From Deinococcota bacterium (lineage in GTDB: Bacteria > Deinococcota > Deinococci > Deinococcales > Thermaceae), in contig JBGFRI010000005.1 in NCBI GenBank assembly GCA_041695225.1, positions 1 to 64,000 of the forward strand: a stretch of DNA of 64,000 bases, given 5' to 3'. This document shows positions 32,014 through 43,541 of the stretch, one piece after another (position 1 is the first letter of the stretch; the number at the start of each line of letters is the position of its first letter). The notes under the pieces are model-generated. The model was not told the DNA's origin. It was given only the letters and a program-made list of their open reading frames with translations, and did not search any database. A program made the translations under genes and the position numbers.

Positions 32014-33024
32014 TTAGGCCTCGCGCCGAACCAGGGTCTGCAAAATTTCCAGCACCACCGTGCCCATGGCCCCACTGGGTGCTTTGAGCAAGACCGGCCC
32101 CAGCATCGCCAACCCTTCGGTCAGCATCTGTTCGGCCAGGGTCTGGGCATAGTCCACCGCGCCCGACTGTAACAGTTGTTGATGTAACCAGTTCACCTCG
32201 AGCCCCGATTTTTGCTCCCGGGGAATTCGCAGTAAATTCTCGGCCCGGGCTCGTTCGTCTGCACCGGCTTTACCCAGAAAGTGCAGCAGAATCAGGGTGC
32301 GCTTACCCTCCCACAAATCGCCGCCAATTTCCTTGCCATACTTGGCCGGGTCGCCGCTGAGGTTGAGCACATCGTCCACAATCTGGAAACCGATCCCCAG
32401 TTTTATCCCCGCCTCTTCCAGCACCGCAGCGGGCTCCAGGCCCGCCGCCAGAACGCCCAGGCGCAGCGGGGCCACGGCGGTGTAGTAGGCGGCTTTTTGC
32501 CCCACCATCTCCAGATAGTCCGACTCCTGCAAGTCCAGGCGCTGGCGCTGCATCCAGGTCATCTCCAGGTGCTGCCCCTGGGCTGTGAGCTCTACCAGCC
32601 GGGCAAACTCGAGCAACACCGCCTGCGAGACTCCAGCCTCGACCAGCAGGGCCCACTGCCTAGCGTGTAGCGCGTCGCCCGCGTTGAGCGCCAGGGGCAT
32701 CCCATAGAGTTTGTGCAGGGCAGGCTTGCCGCGCCGTTCGTCGGAGGCATCCTCGATGTCGTCGTGGATCAGGGCCCAGTTTTGAAAAAGTTCAAGCGCC
32801 GCTGCAATGGGCAGGAGCTGCTTGAGTTCGGCCCCATGGGCCAGTCCGGTGTATACCAGCAGCATTCCACGCAGCATCTTGCCGCCACGCTCGGGATACT
32901 CGCGCAGCATCCGGGCATACTCGGCCAGCTCCGGGCGGTGGGCAGCCTCGGGTCGGGGCAGGGCAGCCAGCAGATAATGCTGGATAGCCTCGCGTACTAG
33001 GGCCGGGGAGAGGGCGGAGGTCAT
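32014..33024 (-). CDS. Polyprenyl diphosphate (GGPP-type) synthase
   Basis: GGKMLR, LIHDDIED..RRG (FARM), FQIVDD (SARM). Confidence 0.92.
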   Translation of the reverse strand: MTSALSPALVREAIQHYLLAALPRPEAAHRPELAEYARMLREYPERGGKMLRGMLLVYTGLAHGAELKQLLPIAAALELFQNWALIHDDIEDASDERRGKPALHKLYGMPLALNAGDALHARQWALLVEAGVSQAVLLEFARLVELTAQGQHLEMTWMQRQRLDLQESDYLEMVGQKAAYYTAVAPLRLGVLAAGLEPAAVLEEAGIKLGIGFQIVDDVLNLSGDPAKYGKEIGGDLWEGKRTLILLHFLGKAGADERARAENLLRIPREQKSGLEVNWLHQQLLQSGAVDYAQTLAEQMLTEGLAMLGPVLLKAPSGAMGTVVLEILQTLVRREA

Positions 33025-33459
33025 GGTCAGATACTACGGCGTGGAGCAAAAAGCTGGAAGCTTATACACCGGCTTTATGACATCGTTACCACACTAAACC
33101 CTATCTCTTCTTAGTAAGCGATAGCAAAGCCCTCCTGGAACATTTTGTGACCCGCTTACCCGCCGGTCTGGACTGCCTCGCTCGCTGTGGTCACTTGCAA
33201 TAACGGCTCGCCAGGTGCTTAGTCCTGTACATAAGCCGATGGCTTAATTGCAGGCAAGTATTCTCCTCTGCCTCAGGCCCGTACCTTATGGCTGACACTT
33301 TACATCATCTGCACCAGCCCTTAACACTCTTGCGGCACTGGCAGTTGGGCCTGTGCCAAGGGTGAGCATAGCCAGGGAAAATTTGGGTCTTTGTCATCGG
33401 TCAATGGTTGTGAGCGCTGCCCGCCTGCGCTAGACTAAAGCTCCACAGGAGGCTCAAAC

Positions 33460-34122
33460 ATGAGTATTCTTGACCGCCTTTCCCGACTGATTCGCGCCAA
33501 TCTCAACGACCTCATCAAGCGGGCCGAAGACCCCGAAAAGATTATCGAGCAAGCCGTAGAAGACATGCGGGCTGCGCTGAGGGATGCCCGGATGGAAGTG
33601 GCCGCGGCCATGGCCGAGCTGAGAAAGCTCGAGCGCGACCAGCAAAGCTACGCCGAGCAGGTTCGCGCCTGGGAACTCAAGGCTGCCGAAGCCCTCAAGA
33701 GCGAGCGCGAAGACCTGGCCCGCGAGGCCCTCAGGCGCAAGCAACAGGCCCAGGCCCTTTCCGATGGCTTTGCCCAGCAGATAGCCCAGCAACAGAACCT
33801 GGTCAGCCAGCTGACCACCCAGCTCAAGGCGCTGGAGAGCAAAATCCAGGAGTCCGAGGCCAAGAAAGCCCTGCTCATCGCCCGCAAAAAGGGTGTAAAG
33901 GCCGCCGAGACGGTACGCAGGTTCGAGTCCAAGGTAGACACCCACGGCGCGGTGGTGGCCTTTGAAGACATGGAGCGCCGCATCGAGGCCATGGAAGACA
34001 AGTATGCCGCCCTTTCGGAGATGGACAAAAACGACATCGAGAAGGAGCTTCAGAGCCTGCGCAGCAGTAGAGAAGTAGAAGATGACCTGGCCCGCCTCAA
34101 GCGAGACCTGGGGATGGCATAA
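33460..34122 (+). CDS. pspA: PspA/IM30 family protein
   Basis: MSILDRL..LIRANLN.LI..AEDPEK; long coiled coil. Confidence 0.92.
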   Translation: MSILDRLSRLIRANLNDLIKRAEDPEKIIEQAVEDMRAALRDARMEVAAAMAELRKLERDQQSYAEQVRAWELKAAEALKSEREDLAREALRRKQQAQALSDGFAQQIAQQQNLVSQLTTQLKALESKIQESEAKKALLIARKKGVKAAETVRRFESKVDTHGAVVAFEDMERRIEAMEDKYAALSEMDKNDIEKELQSLRSSREVEDDLARLKRDLGMA

Positions 34123-34123
34123 G

Positions 34124-34260
34124 ATGTCTCAAGTCGCGAGTCGCAGGTCGAAGCGCTTGCGCGCTTGGTCGAAGGTCGAAAGACGAAGGTCGTAGACCAA
34201 AGCACGATAAGGTCGTAGACCTTTGACCTTAGACCTTAGACCTGCGACCTGCGACATTTT
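34124..34260. repeat. Inverted heptamer arrays after pspA
   Basis: GTCGCAG/GTCGAAG runs facing GACCTTA/GACCTGC runs. Confidence 0.8.
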
Positions 34261-34423
34261 TACGTGGCCGAGGATGGAGATGATTTATCCATAGACGTGC
34301 GTTTTATCCCCGAGTGTTGGCGCCGGCGCACATCCTGCCCGACTGCCGTCGCAATCGTTTCGACGGCAGTCGCTAGCAGTCCGAGAGCAGTCGCCGAGTT
34401 CAAAACGGCTCTCGCAACGCTTC

Positions 34424-34485
34424 TAAAGAGTTGCCCATCCGTCCCGAAGGACCCCGGAGCATGAAGCGGGGAGCTGACGCTTCAT
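34424..34485. repeat. ~62-bp double-hairpin dispersed element
   Basis: Reverse complement of 19382-19442 with one indel. Confidence 0.85.
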
Positions 34486-34684
34486 AAAAGGAGACGGAGA
34501 GGCTCCGAGGTCTAGAGCATTGCTGGTGGCCTTCGACTTTCGACCTTTGACATTTCACACGCGCTACGCGCTGTCGAAAGCCGAAGGTCAAAGGTCTAGA
34601 GCATTGCTGTGGGACTGGCTGCTCATAGCCCGTCCCACCGCTTCGCTCCGCTGCGGTGCCTTACATACGTCTTGCCGGTGGCGT

Positions 34685-35017
34685 TCAAGGATGGTTGAGA
34701 AATACCTCGCCCAACTGGGCCAGGCTGCCCACCGCCCGCCCAGTTGGCAGGTGGCGTACCACCACCTCGGCTGGGCCTTTGCTTACCTCTGCTACCGAGA
34801 AAAGCTCCCCGTCCACCTCTACCATGACCTCGCGGGCGCCGCAGATCTCCACCAGGCGGTACCGCCCCACACTTAGCCACTCCTCACCAAAGATGCGGCG
34901 CAGTTCCTCGTACGCCACGGTTTTATACCAGGCCTCCCCAGCCTGCATGGCCTCGGCCCGGTAGGCCGCAATAGCCGCATCCCGCAGACGGCCATCTTTG
35001 GGAAAGCCCGATTGCAT
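34685..35017 (-). CDS. Hypothetical protein
   Basis: 110-aa ORF with protein-like composition and GC3-rich codons in an otherwise empty interval. Confidence 0.45.
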   Translation of the reverse strand: MQSGFPKDGRLRDAAIAAYRAEAMQAGEAWYKTVAYEELRRIFGEEWLSVGRYRLVEICGAREVMVEVDGELFSVAEVSKGPAEVVVRHLPTGRAVGSLAQLGEVFLNHP

Positions 35018-35409
35018 GGCCGCATATTAGTAGTGCCATGTAGCCGCTGTGTAAGCAACATGACAAAAGAGGCCTGAATGCCCAGCAAGCAAAGATGCTT
35101 TTACTTTCAGCCTTCCCACACGTAGCCGGAAGCAAAGCCCCATAAACCTAACTGGTTGCTCTGAGAATTGGGAGCTTGAGCGCTCGGAGCGAAGCCAGCG
35201 ACATACGGCTCTTATGCCTAACTAATTGAGTTACAAAAGCCGGGTTACCCAACAGCCTGATCTTGTTTGGCGCAGAATTCTGCCCACAAGCTGCTGGTAC
35301 TGGTTTTTGAAGGTCCAGGAGTCTCTGGCCGCAGCCGGACTGCCCAGGTCTTAATCAATTTGCTCGCGGTTTACATCCGCCGGCCCCCATCAAGGGTAAA
35401 CTTGGAACA

Positions 35410-36066
35410 ATGCTACGAGTCTTTGTACCAGTTTTGTTGTTGCTGGCAGCTTGTGCTCCTCGCACTGCTGAGCCCCAGGCTAGCGTCGCGGTCATTCAGG
35501 GTCCGGTAAGTTTCTATCCCGCGCAGCCGGGACTGGAATGGGTATACCTGCCCCAGGGTGCATCGGTGGCCGATCCTCCGTACCGCCTTGCAATTCTGGG
35601 CCCCACAACATTTGCCGGTCAGCCGGTCATACGGTTCAGGTTCAGCGGACGGGGTCAGGAGCGCAACTACTTCCGCCAGGTAGGTCCGACAGGGGTACGG
35701 CTACTGGGTTTCGAAGAGGTAATTACCAACTCAATTGTCCGCTTCCACCCGCCCATGCAGGAGTACCCCGCCGAAAACACCCTGGCCGTAGGAGCCCGAT
35801 GGGGTGGCGTAAGCCGCTGGGAAAAGCATATTCTGGTCAACAATCGGCTCACTCCCACAGGCGCGGGCAGCTTTGAGTACACCTACCAGGTGGTGGGTCG
35901 TATCAGGGTAACGGTAGGGGCCGGGGCCTTTGAAGCCTGGCGCATCACCCTGCGAATCAAACCTGCCCAAGGAGATGTCGAGAATCACGAGATCTGGTTT
36001 GTGCCGGGGGTGGGGGAGGTACGCACCAACGAGGGCCTTCTTCTGGTCGATCGCAACTTCCACTAA
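35410..36066 (+). CDS. Putative lipoprotein
   Basis: Lipobox LAAC; beta-rich; VTVGAGAF and WFVPGVG motifs. Confidence 0.8.
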   Translation: MLRVFVPVLLLLAACAPRTAEPQASVAVIQGPVSFYPAQPGLEWVYLPQGASVADPPYRLAILGPTTFAGQPVIRFRFSGRGQERNYFRQVGPTGVRLLGFEEVITNSIVRFHPPMQEYPAENTLAVGARWGGVSRWEKHILVNNRLTPTGAGSFEYTYQVVGRIRVTVGAGAFEAWRITLRIKPAQGDVENHEIWFVPGVGEVRTNEGLLLVDRNFH

Positions 36067-36180
36067 AAGGTGGTCAGCCGTAGAATGGGCCTGACCTTTG
36101 TTCTCTGGGGCACAGCGCAAAACCATCAGTCCCCTAGAGTTGAGAGAAATGTTTATATCCAGTCCCCCTTGGAGGCGTGT

Positions 36181-38040
36181 GTGATTCTGGACAAGGTCAA
36201 CCAACCCCAAGACCTTAAGCCCCTCTCGCAAGCAGAGTTGCTACAACTAGCGGAAGAATTGCGCAGCGAGATTATCCGGGTTTGCGCCCAAAACGGCGGC
36301 CACCTGGCCTCCTCGCTGGGGGCTGTAGAGCTAATTGTGGCCTTACACAAAGTATTTGATTCACCGCGTGACCGCCTGCTTTTCGACGTGGGCCACCAGG
36401 CCTACGCCCACAAGATCCTCACTGGGCGCAAGGATGTGTTACATACCGTTCGCCAGGAAGGGGGCATCAGTGGATTTACCAAAGTCTCGGAGAGTGAACA
36501 CGATGCCATCACGGTGGGCCATGCTTCTACTTCACTGGCCAACGCGCTGGGCATGGTTATCGCCCGCGATACCCTGGGTGAGGATTACCACGTCGTGGGC
36601 ATCATCGGCGACGGGGCGCTCACCGGTGGGATGGCCCTGGCGGCCTTAAATGTGATTGGCGAGCGCAAACCAAAACTGCTGATAATCCTGAACGACAACG
36701 AGATGTCCATCTCGGAAAACGTGGGAGCCCTGAACCATTATTTCAAGGAGTATCAGACCAAAAAGTGGGTGCAGGACACCCAGAAGTGGGGCAAGCAGGT
36801 CTTGGAGGGCATCTCGCCCAAGCTTTTTAATCTGGTAGACCGGGCCAAGGAAGCCGCCAAACTAATGCTGCACCAGGAGAACCCTTTTTATGCCTGGGGC
36901 ATTCGTTATGTGGGGCCAGTAGACGGACACGACTTGCCGGGTTTGATCCATGTTCTGGAGCAGATAAAAGAGCTGGATGGCCCCACCATGCTTCACATAG
37001 TTACTCAGAAAGGCAAGGGTTATGGGGTGGCAGAGGCCGATCCTATCTACTGGCACGGGCCGCCCGGCTTCAATGTTGACAACCCCGAGAAGGTTAGCAA
37101 GGGCTACTCCTGGTCGGCGGCTTTCGGTGATGCCGTGACCGAGCTGGCACATCAAGAGCCCCGGCTCTTCGTGATTACTCCGGCCATGCGCGAAGGTTCT
37201 GGGCTGGTGAAGTATTCCCAGACACACCCCGAGCGCTACCTGGATACTGGCATCTGCGAGGATGTGGCAGCCACAGCAGCGGCAGGCATGGCTTTGCGTG
37301 GACTCAAGCCGGTGCTGGCCATCTACTCTACGTTTATGCAACGGGCCTTCGATCAGATCGTCCACGATATCGCTATCGAAAACATACCTGTGGTCTTCGC
37401 GGTGGATCGGGCGGGCATCGTGGGAGGAGATGGTGCAACTCATAACGGGGTTTTTGACATCGCCTATCTGCGTACCATTCCTAACCTGCAGATTGCCGCC
37501 CCGAAAGACGCCCTGGAACTGCGGGCCATGCTGAAGTATGCGATTAACGCCGGTGCGCCCATTGCCATTCGCTATGCCCGCGACAACGTGGAAAAGGCTC
37601 CTCAAGGGGCCTGGCCCCAGATTGAGTGGGGCCGCTGGGAGGTGCTAAAAGAAGGCCGCAAAGCTTATATCCTGACTTTCGGCAAGACCCTCAGGTATGC
37701 GCTCGAGGCCGCTACAGACCACCTCGAGGTGGGAGTCATCAACGCTCGGTTTATCAAGCCCGTTGACAAGGAAATGTTGGAGATGCTGGCGCTGGGTGGC
37801 TACAAGCTGGTTACTACCGAAGACCACCAAAAAGCGGGGGGCTTTGGCAGTGCTGTGCTAGAGACTCTGAACGATCTTGGGTTAAAGCCCGATATCCGGG
37901 TGCTGGGACTGCCTGACCTGTTCTACGACCATGGTTCTATTGCCCGTATGCACCGCGAGGCCGGGATTGATTCAGAAGCTATTCGGCGTGCTTTAGCAGA
38001 GATGGGAGTAGCAGCAACTACCCGGCCACACCGGGTGTGA
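36181..38040 (+). CDS. dxs: 1-deoxy-D-xylulose-5-phosphate synthase
   Basis: [47 protein letters not shown] start after GGAGG. Confidence 0.97.
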   Translation: MILDKVNQPQDLKPLSQAELLQLAEELRSEIIRVCAQNGGHLASSLGAVELIVALHKVFDSPRDRLLFDVGHQAYAHKILTGRKDVLHTVRQEGGISGFTKVSESEHDAITVGHASTSLANALGMVIARDTLGEDYHVVGIIGDGALTGGMALAALNVIGERKPKLLIILNDNEMSISENVGALNHYFKEYQTKKWVQDTQKWGKQVLEGISPKLFNLVDRAKEAAKLMLHQENPFYAWGIRYVGPVDGHDLPGLIHVLEQIKELDGPTMLHIVTQKGKGYGVAEADPIYWHGPPGFNVDNPEKVSKGYSWSAAFGDAVTELAHQEPRLFVITPAMREGSGLVKYSQTHPERYLDTGICEDVAATAAAGMALRGLKPVLAIYSTFMQRAFDQIVHDIAIENIPVVFAVDRAGIVGGDGATHNGVFDIAYLRTIPNLQIAAPKDALELRAMLKYAINAGAPIAIRYARDNVEKAPQGAWPQIEWGRWEVLKEGRKAYILTFGKTLRYALEAATDHLEVGVINARFIKPVDKEMLEMLALGGYKLVTTEDHQKAGGFGSAVLETLNDLGLKPDIRVLGLPDLFYDHGSIARMHREAGIDSEAIRRALAEMGVAATTRPHRV

Positions 38041-38240
38041 ACCTCCTCATGAACGGTGGTGCAAGTCTTGCTATCCTACCTCTGGTTGGGGAGTAGCCGC
38101 CCGCGTTTGCGGGTGTCTGGGTCGTCAATACGGGGCATAAACCCTCGGTCTGGACAGGTTCACCAGAACCTTCGGCAAGACCACCACGGCAGTTTTCCGT
38201 GGTGTTTTTTTACTTTTTGGAGAACAGGAGACCATGCCCG

Positions 38241-38456
38241 ATGAAACGAATACTCTTCAAGCTACTGGCATTGTTGGTTGGGAAGTTTCTGGCAAGGCGT
38301 TTTGGTCGTGGTCGGCACCAGGGTTATGACGCTCGGCACTACGACCACGACTCATATTCCCGGGGCCACCTCCCTTACCAGGGTGGGTTTTTCAAGCCCT
38401 ACAAGTACAGGCGGAAGAAAAGTAAGTTCAGGAGGTTAATGGACTGGCTGGATTAG
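38241..38456 (+). CDS. Small basic hypothetical protein
   Basis: Hydrophobic N-terminus, His/Tyr/Arg-rich tail, nearby AGGAG. Confidence 0.5.
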   Translation: MKRILFKLLALLVGKFLARRFGRGRHQGYDARHYDHDSYSRGHLPYQGGFFKPYKYRRKKSKFRRLMDWLD

Positions 38457-38743
38457 AGTGGTATTTGGAAGGATTTGGGATTTCCACCAGCCCGCCGTTG
38501 CAAAATGTTTAAAGCTCCCTCATCTGTCCGGTTCTCACCTGTGTAGGGATGAGACCAGAGATGCGATTCCAACCAGGATGCAAACACTTCCGGCCGGCTG
38601 CATACCCAGCCCTCCAAAGTATTGCCCTCAGGTATGAGCCCGGAGCGCTAGGGTTTAGAGTGTCTGTACTGGAAGCCTTCGCGGCTAGCCTTCCAGTGGC
38701 CAGTGATAATCACTAGGCCCTATGCGTTGTGAAGGGAGGAGAA

Positions 38744-39502
38744 ATGAACGCGCTACTGCTATGGGCTCTGGGCATTCTGGGTGTGCTGGTGTTGGTTTGG
38801 GGTCTGGCCCGCCTTCAGCGCGGCGGGCTAGGCTGGGCGGTTTTTGGCGCGCTGATGGGCGTATTTGGACTGGGTGGGGTCTGGCTCCATCAGCAGTATG
38901 GCGCCACAGTCTTCTGGGGCCTGGGGGTTCTGGGGGTGTTGTTGCTGGTCTGGGCCATTCTAAACCTGCGCCGGTATCGCTCAGCAGGCTGGTCGGCAGC
39001 ACTGGCTGTTTTGCTGGGTCTTACGGGTTTTGGTAGCATCACCCTGCTGGCTAGTCCCACCCAGAACCTGCTTACCCCTGGTGCATTTCCCGACACCGCT
39101 GTAGTGACCCCCGCTGAGCCGATGGAACCACCCCCAGCTCCAACTGCTCCCGAAGCTGGCCTTCCCGAGGCTGTCCCTGAACCCGCACCACCAGCCCCTA
39201 CCACACCCGAAGCTGCCCCGCTACCTCCTGCCACACCTGCCCTGCCGGTTGCTACGGGCATTGTGCGCGAAGTAGAACCAGCCTGTCCCTGCCTTCTGAA
39301 TGTGATGGTCCGTGCATCCAACCCTACCATTCGCATTCTGCAAGGAACCACCGAGATTGCCAGGAGCAGCCTGGGGCGCTCGATCTTTCTGCTCGAGGCC
39401 GGCGACTACACCCTACTGGTCGAGGCCCCTGGCTACCGCAGTTTTAGCGGACTAATTAGTGTGCCCAGGAACAGAAATCTGGAAGTGGAGCTGGCGCGCT
39501 GA
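38744..39502 (+). CDS. Membrane protein with Pro-rich linker and PEGA-like C-terminal domain
   Basis: Four TM segments; LEAGDYTLLVEAPGY. Confidence 0.75.
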   Translation: MNALLLWALGILGVLVLVWGLARLQRGGLGWAVFGALMGVFGLGGVWLHQQYGATVFWGLGVLGVLLLVWAILNLRRYRSAGWSAALAVLLGLTGFGSITLLASPTQNLLTPGAFPDTAVVTPAEPMEPPPAPTAPEAGLPEAVPEPAPPAPTTPEAAPLPPATPALPVATGIVREVEPACPCLLNVMVRASNPTIRILQGTTEIARSSLGRSIFLLEAGDYTLLVEAPGYRSFSGLISVPRNRNLEVELAR

Positions 39503-39843
39503 GCTGATTAGCTCCATTAGCCCTCTGTTATCCGCCCCCCTTCTGCGTTTTACTGCACAGTCAGCAGTGCCCGATTTTGGTCGGCCTAGATCTCCATCAG
39601 CGGCTCGCTCCGCCCATCAGGCTACCGACCATCATCAGCATCAGGATCAACCAGACCTTCAGCACCTCGCACACCACAGGGGTTTTGCTGCGCCGGAAGT
39701 TGGAACAGCCCACCAGACGCGCAATAATTACTGCTGCAACCGTAGCAAACAGAGGCCACAGGAGACTCAACACCTTGGCTCCAAGGTAAAAGCTCCCTGC
39801 ACCAGACCTTGTGCGAAAATACCAGAGCGTAAGGTCTGGTCCC

Positions 39844-42324
39844 ATGTCCGAGCTAGCCCTGCCTATCTACTCAGTCCTGCCCGAGCTACGAAAAGCGCTC
39901 GGCCAGCACCAGACGGTGATTCTGCAAGCGCCTCCCGGCGCGGGCAAAAGCACCGTCTTGCCCCTGGAGCTGCTAACAGAACCCTGGCTCAGGGGGCAAA
40001 AAATCTGGATGCTCGAGCCCCGCCGCCTGGCGGCCCGCAATGTGGCGGCCCGTATGGCGGCTTTGCTGGGCGAGGAAGTGGGGCAGACCGTGGGCTACCG
40101 GGTGCGCTTCGAAAGCCGGGTAGGGCCAAGTACGCGAATTGAAGTGCTTACTGAGGGCATCCTGACCCGCCGCCTGCAAAAAGACCCCAGCCTGGAAGGG
40201 GTGGGGCTGGTCATCTTCGACGAGTTCCACGAGCGCAGCCTGCAAGCCGATCTGGCCCTGGTGCTCTGCCGCGAGGTGCAGCAAGCCCTGCGCGACGATC
40301 TGCGGCTTTTGCTGATGTCGGCTACGCTGGACGGAGAGAACCTGAGTCGGTTGTTGGGGGCTCCCGTCCTCAGGGCCGAGGGACGGCAGTACCCGGTAGA
40401 GATCCATCACCTGCCCCGCGACCCGGCAGGCCCGCTTTCGGGTGCTGTGGCCGGTGCGGTCTTCAGGGCTTTGAGCGAGCAGAGCGGTGACATCCTGGTC
40501 TTCTTGCCGGGCGTGGGTGAGATTCGACGTGTAGAGCGGCTGGTGGCCGAGCGCCACCCCGAGGTCAAGCTTACCCCGCTTTACGGCGACCTGCCGCTTT
40601 CAGCCCATCAGGAGGCCATCCTGCCCGACCCCACCCGGCGCAAGGTGGTGCTGGCGACCTCCATTGCCGAAACCAGCCTGACCATCGAGGGCATCCGGGT
40701 AGTGGTGGACTCGGGCTACTCGAGGGCTCCCTCCTTCGATGCGAAGACTGGCCTCACCCGTCTAAAGACGGTCCGGGTCACCCGCGATGCCGCCGAACAA
40801 CGCACTGGGCGGGCCGGGCGCCTGGGGCCGGGGGTCTGCTACCGGCTGTGGAGCCGTGCCACCCATCAGCAGCTCCAGGCTCGGCGCAAACCAGAGATTC
40901 TGGAGGCCGACCTGGCTCCGCTGGTGCTCGAGCTGGCCCAGTGGGGCGTACAAGACCCCTACGCACTGGACTGGATCACACCCCCACCGGCGGGGGCCAT
41001 CCGGCAGGCTTTAGAGCTGCTGGAAGCCCTGGGTGCGCTGGAAGGCTCAGCTCTGACCGCACGGGGAAAGCAGATGGCAGACTGGCCCACCCACCCCCGG
41101 CTGGCCCACCTGTTGCTGGAAGGCCAGGCTCTGGGACAGAGCGCACTTGCCGCCGACCTGGCGGCCCTGCTGGAGGAGCGCGACCCCTTGCCAAAAGAAG
41201 CCGGGGCCGACCTTGGCCTGCGCCTGGGGGCCCTGCGTGGCTGGCGCAGAAGCGGGCAGACCCTGCCCGGGGCCGAGACCGGCGTGCTGTCCAGGGTAGA
41301 GCGGCTGAGTGCGCAGTGGCGCAGGCGACTGGGTGTTAGCGCCGACAACCGCCCTCCCGACCCGGGCGCGGTGGGCCTGCTAACTGCCCTGGCCTACCCC
41401 GACCGCCTGGCCCGCCTGCGCGACGGTGAGCTCCTGCGCTACCGCCTGTCGGGTGGGCCTGGGGTGCGGCTGGGGGAGGATGATCCCCTGGCAGGCTCCC
41501 CCTGGCTGGCTGTAGCCCATCTGGACGCAGGCGAGAACGAAGGGCGAATCTTTCTGGCCTCGATGGTTAGGCTTGAAGACTTGCAGCCATTCGCCCGGCA
41601 GGTAAAGACCATCGCCTGGGACGCCCGGAACGGGGTATTGCTGGCCCAGCGGGAAACCAGAATTGGCGAACTGGTGCTGTCCAGCCAACCCTTACGAGTG
41701 ATTGACCCCCAGCAGCGCAGCAAAATTCTCTGCCAGGTAGTGCGCTCGGAGGGCCTGGGTTTGCTTTCCTGGACTGAAGAACTGCGCCAGTGGCAGGCCC
41801 GGGTGTTAAGTTTGCGAAGCTGGCGGCCCGATGAAAACTGGCCCGATCTCTCCGACGCGCATCTGCTAAAGACCCTGGAAGACTGGCTGGCCCCCTGGCT
41901 CGAGCTGGTCTGGCGGCGGGAGGATTTTGCCCGGCTCGAGCTGGCCAGCATCCTGGGAGGGCTGCTGCCCTGGCCGCTTCCGGCCCGGTTGGACGCACTG
42001 GCCCCCACCCGGATCACTGTGCCCAGCGGCTCGCACATCAAGCTGACCTACCCATCCGATGGCGGCCCGCCGGTGCTGGCAGTAAAGCTACAGGAGCTGT
42101 TTGGCCTGGCCGATACCCCTACCGTCAACGAAGGCCGCACACCGGTCTTGCTACACCTGCTCTCCCCGGCCAGACGGCCCATCCAGGTCACACAAGACTT
42201 GCGTAGCTTCTGGAACAACACCTATCCCGAAGTTCGCAAGGAGCTGCGGGGACGGTACAGCAGACACCCCTGGCCCGAAGACCCCTGGAAAGCAGAGCCC
42301 ACGCGCAAAGCCAGGCCCCGATAG
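39844..42324 (+). CDS. hrpB: ATP-dependent helicase HrpB
   Basis: APPGAGKS, DEFHERS, MSAT, QRTGRAGR; C-terminal LLSPA.RP.Q.T.DL.SFW. Confidence 0.96.
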   Translation: MSELALPIYSVLPELRKALGQHQTVILQAPPGAGKSTVLPLELLTEPWLRGQKIWMLEPRRLAARNVAARMAALLGEEVGQTVGYRVRFESRVGPSTRIEVLTEGILTRRLQKDPSLEGVGLVIFDEFHERSLQADLALVLCREVQQALRDDLRLLLMSATLDGENLSRLLGAPVLRAEGRQYPVEIHHLPRDPAGPLSGAVAGAVFRALSEQSGDILVFLPGVGEIRRVERLVAERHPEVKLTPLYGDLPLSAHQEAILPDPTRRKVVLATSIAETSLTIEGIRVVVDSGYSRAPSFDAKTGLTRLKTVRVTRDAAEQRTGRAGRLGPGVCYRLWSRATHQQLQARRKPEILEADLAPLVLELAQWGVQDPYALDWITPPPAGAIRQALELLEALGALEGSALTARGKQMADWPTHPRLAHLLLEGQALGQSALAADLAALLEERDPLPKEAGADLGLRLGALRGWRRSGQTLPGAETGVLSRVERLSAQWRRRLGVSADNRPPDPGAVGLLTALAYPDRLARLRDGELLRYRLSGGPGVRLGEDDPLAGSPWLAVAHLDAGENEGRIFLASMVRLEDLQPFARQVKTIAWDARNGVLLAQRETRIGELVLSSQPLRVIDPQQRSKILCQVVRSEGLGLLSWTEELRQWQARVLSLRSWRPDENWPDLSDAHLLKTLEDWLAPWLELVWRREDFARLELASILGGLLPWPLPARLDALAPTRITVPSGSHIKLTYPSDGGPPVLAVKLQELFGLADTPTVNEGRTPVLLHLLSPARRPIQVTQDLRSFWNNTYPEVRKELRGRYSRHPWPEDPWKAEPTRKARPR

Positions 42325-42624
42325 AACCCCGCTACGCTTCAAGCGAATTCCGGATTTACCCCAGACACGGTAGCCTATCTTGCTGTGTCACCCTTTAAAA
42401 GAAGGTCGCATGACAAAAAGCTGTTGACCCGAGACTTGAGACATCCTTAGGCTCCTCGCCGATACCGAGTCAGCGTTTCTGGACCTGGACGGAGTCTTCG
42501 GGGATGGGTACGGCATCGGTTAATCATCCCAAATCCCCGGCCACCCCATGATCCACTCCATGGACCGTCTGGCGAGAGGCGAGAGACCACGGACTTCAGT
42601 CTGAAGAGCCGTTGCTTATTGAGC

Positions 42625-43503
42625 CTAGGGCCTGAGCAGCCTGGCAAGCTGCTCATACAGCTTTTCCTCTTCCGGGCTCGGGCTGGTGGGTATGGTAATG
42701 CGAATCTCGGCGTACAGGTCTCCACGGCTTTTGTCCTTGCGGGGCCAGCCCTTGCCGCCCAGCCGCAGCTTTCGTCCGGCCTGGGTGCGCCTGGGAATGG
42801 TTATGTCAAACGGGCCGTCCAGGGTCTCTACCCGCACCTTGCCACCCAGCACCGCTACCGGCGCTGGTACATCTATCACGGTATACAGGTCATCGCCCTC
42901 CAGTCGCATATCGGGCCTGGGTTGTAGCTTGATCTGGAGATACAGATCACCCCCAGCCCGGCCCTTTCCCGCAAGGCGAATTTTCTGGCCCTCCCGCACG
43001 CCGGGCGGAATTCTTACGGTTATCCGCTCGGAGCCGATGGAGATGGTCTTCTCACCCCCGCGATAGGCCTCCTCGAGGGCCAGGGTTAGCTCGGCTTCCA
43101 GGTCACCCCCCACCCGTCGCTGCCGCTGACGGGTGGTTTCTTCGAACAAGTCGCCCAGTCCCCCCCCTCCGCGCCCGGCGAAGTTGCCAAATAGCTGCTG
43201 AAAGAATTCGGAAAAATCACCCGGGTTGCCAGTAAAACCCCCAAAACCGCCCTGTCCGGGAGGGGGGCCCTGCCACTGCCCACTGCCTGGCGTACTGCCG
43301 TAGGTGTCGTAAAACTTGCGCTTTTCACTGTCGGACAAAACGGTATAGGCTTCGTTGATTTCTTTAAACCTGTCCTCGGCCCCAGGATCTTTGTTGACAT
43401 CGGGGTGGTATTTGCGGGCAAGTCTCTTGAAGGCCTTCTTAATTTCGTCTTCGGAGGCGTTCTTGGATACCCCGAGAATTTTGTAGTAGTCCTTGTAGGC
43501 CAT
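42625..43503 (-). CDS. dnaJ: DnaJ (class B, no zinc finger)
   Basis: J domain with HPD, G/F region, C-terminal domain; no CxxCxGxG. Confidence 0.92.
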   Translation of the reverse strand: MAYKDYYKILGVSKNASEDEIKKAFKRLARKYHPDVNKDPGAEDRFKEINEAYTVLSDSEKRKFYDTYGSTPGSGQWQGPPPGQGGFGGFTGNPGDFSEFFQQLFGNFAGRGGGGLGDLFEETTRQRQRRVGGDLEAELTLALEEAYRGGEKTISIGSERITVRIPPGVREGQKIRLAGKGRAGGDLYLQIKLQPRPDMRLEGDDLYTVIDVPAPVAVLGGKVRVETLDGPFDITIPRRTQAGRKLRLGGKGWPRKDKSRGDLYAEIRITIPTSPSPEEEKLYEQLARLLRP

Positions 43504-43541
43504 AGAAGTGTCCCGAGTCTAGAGTCTGAAGTCTAGAGCCA

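Noticed and set aside
42330..42624. dafA after dnaJ
   Set aside because: No plausible small ORF with a start and RBS; the interval holds heptamer repeats.
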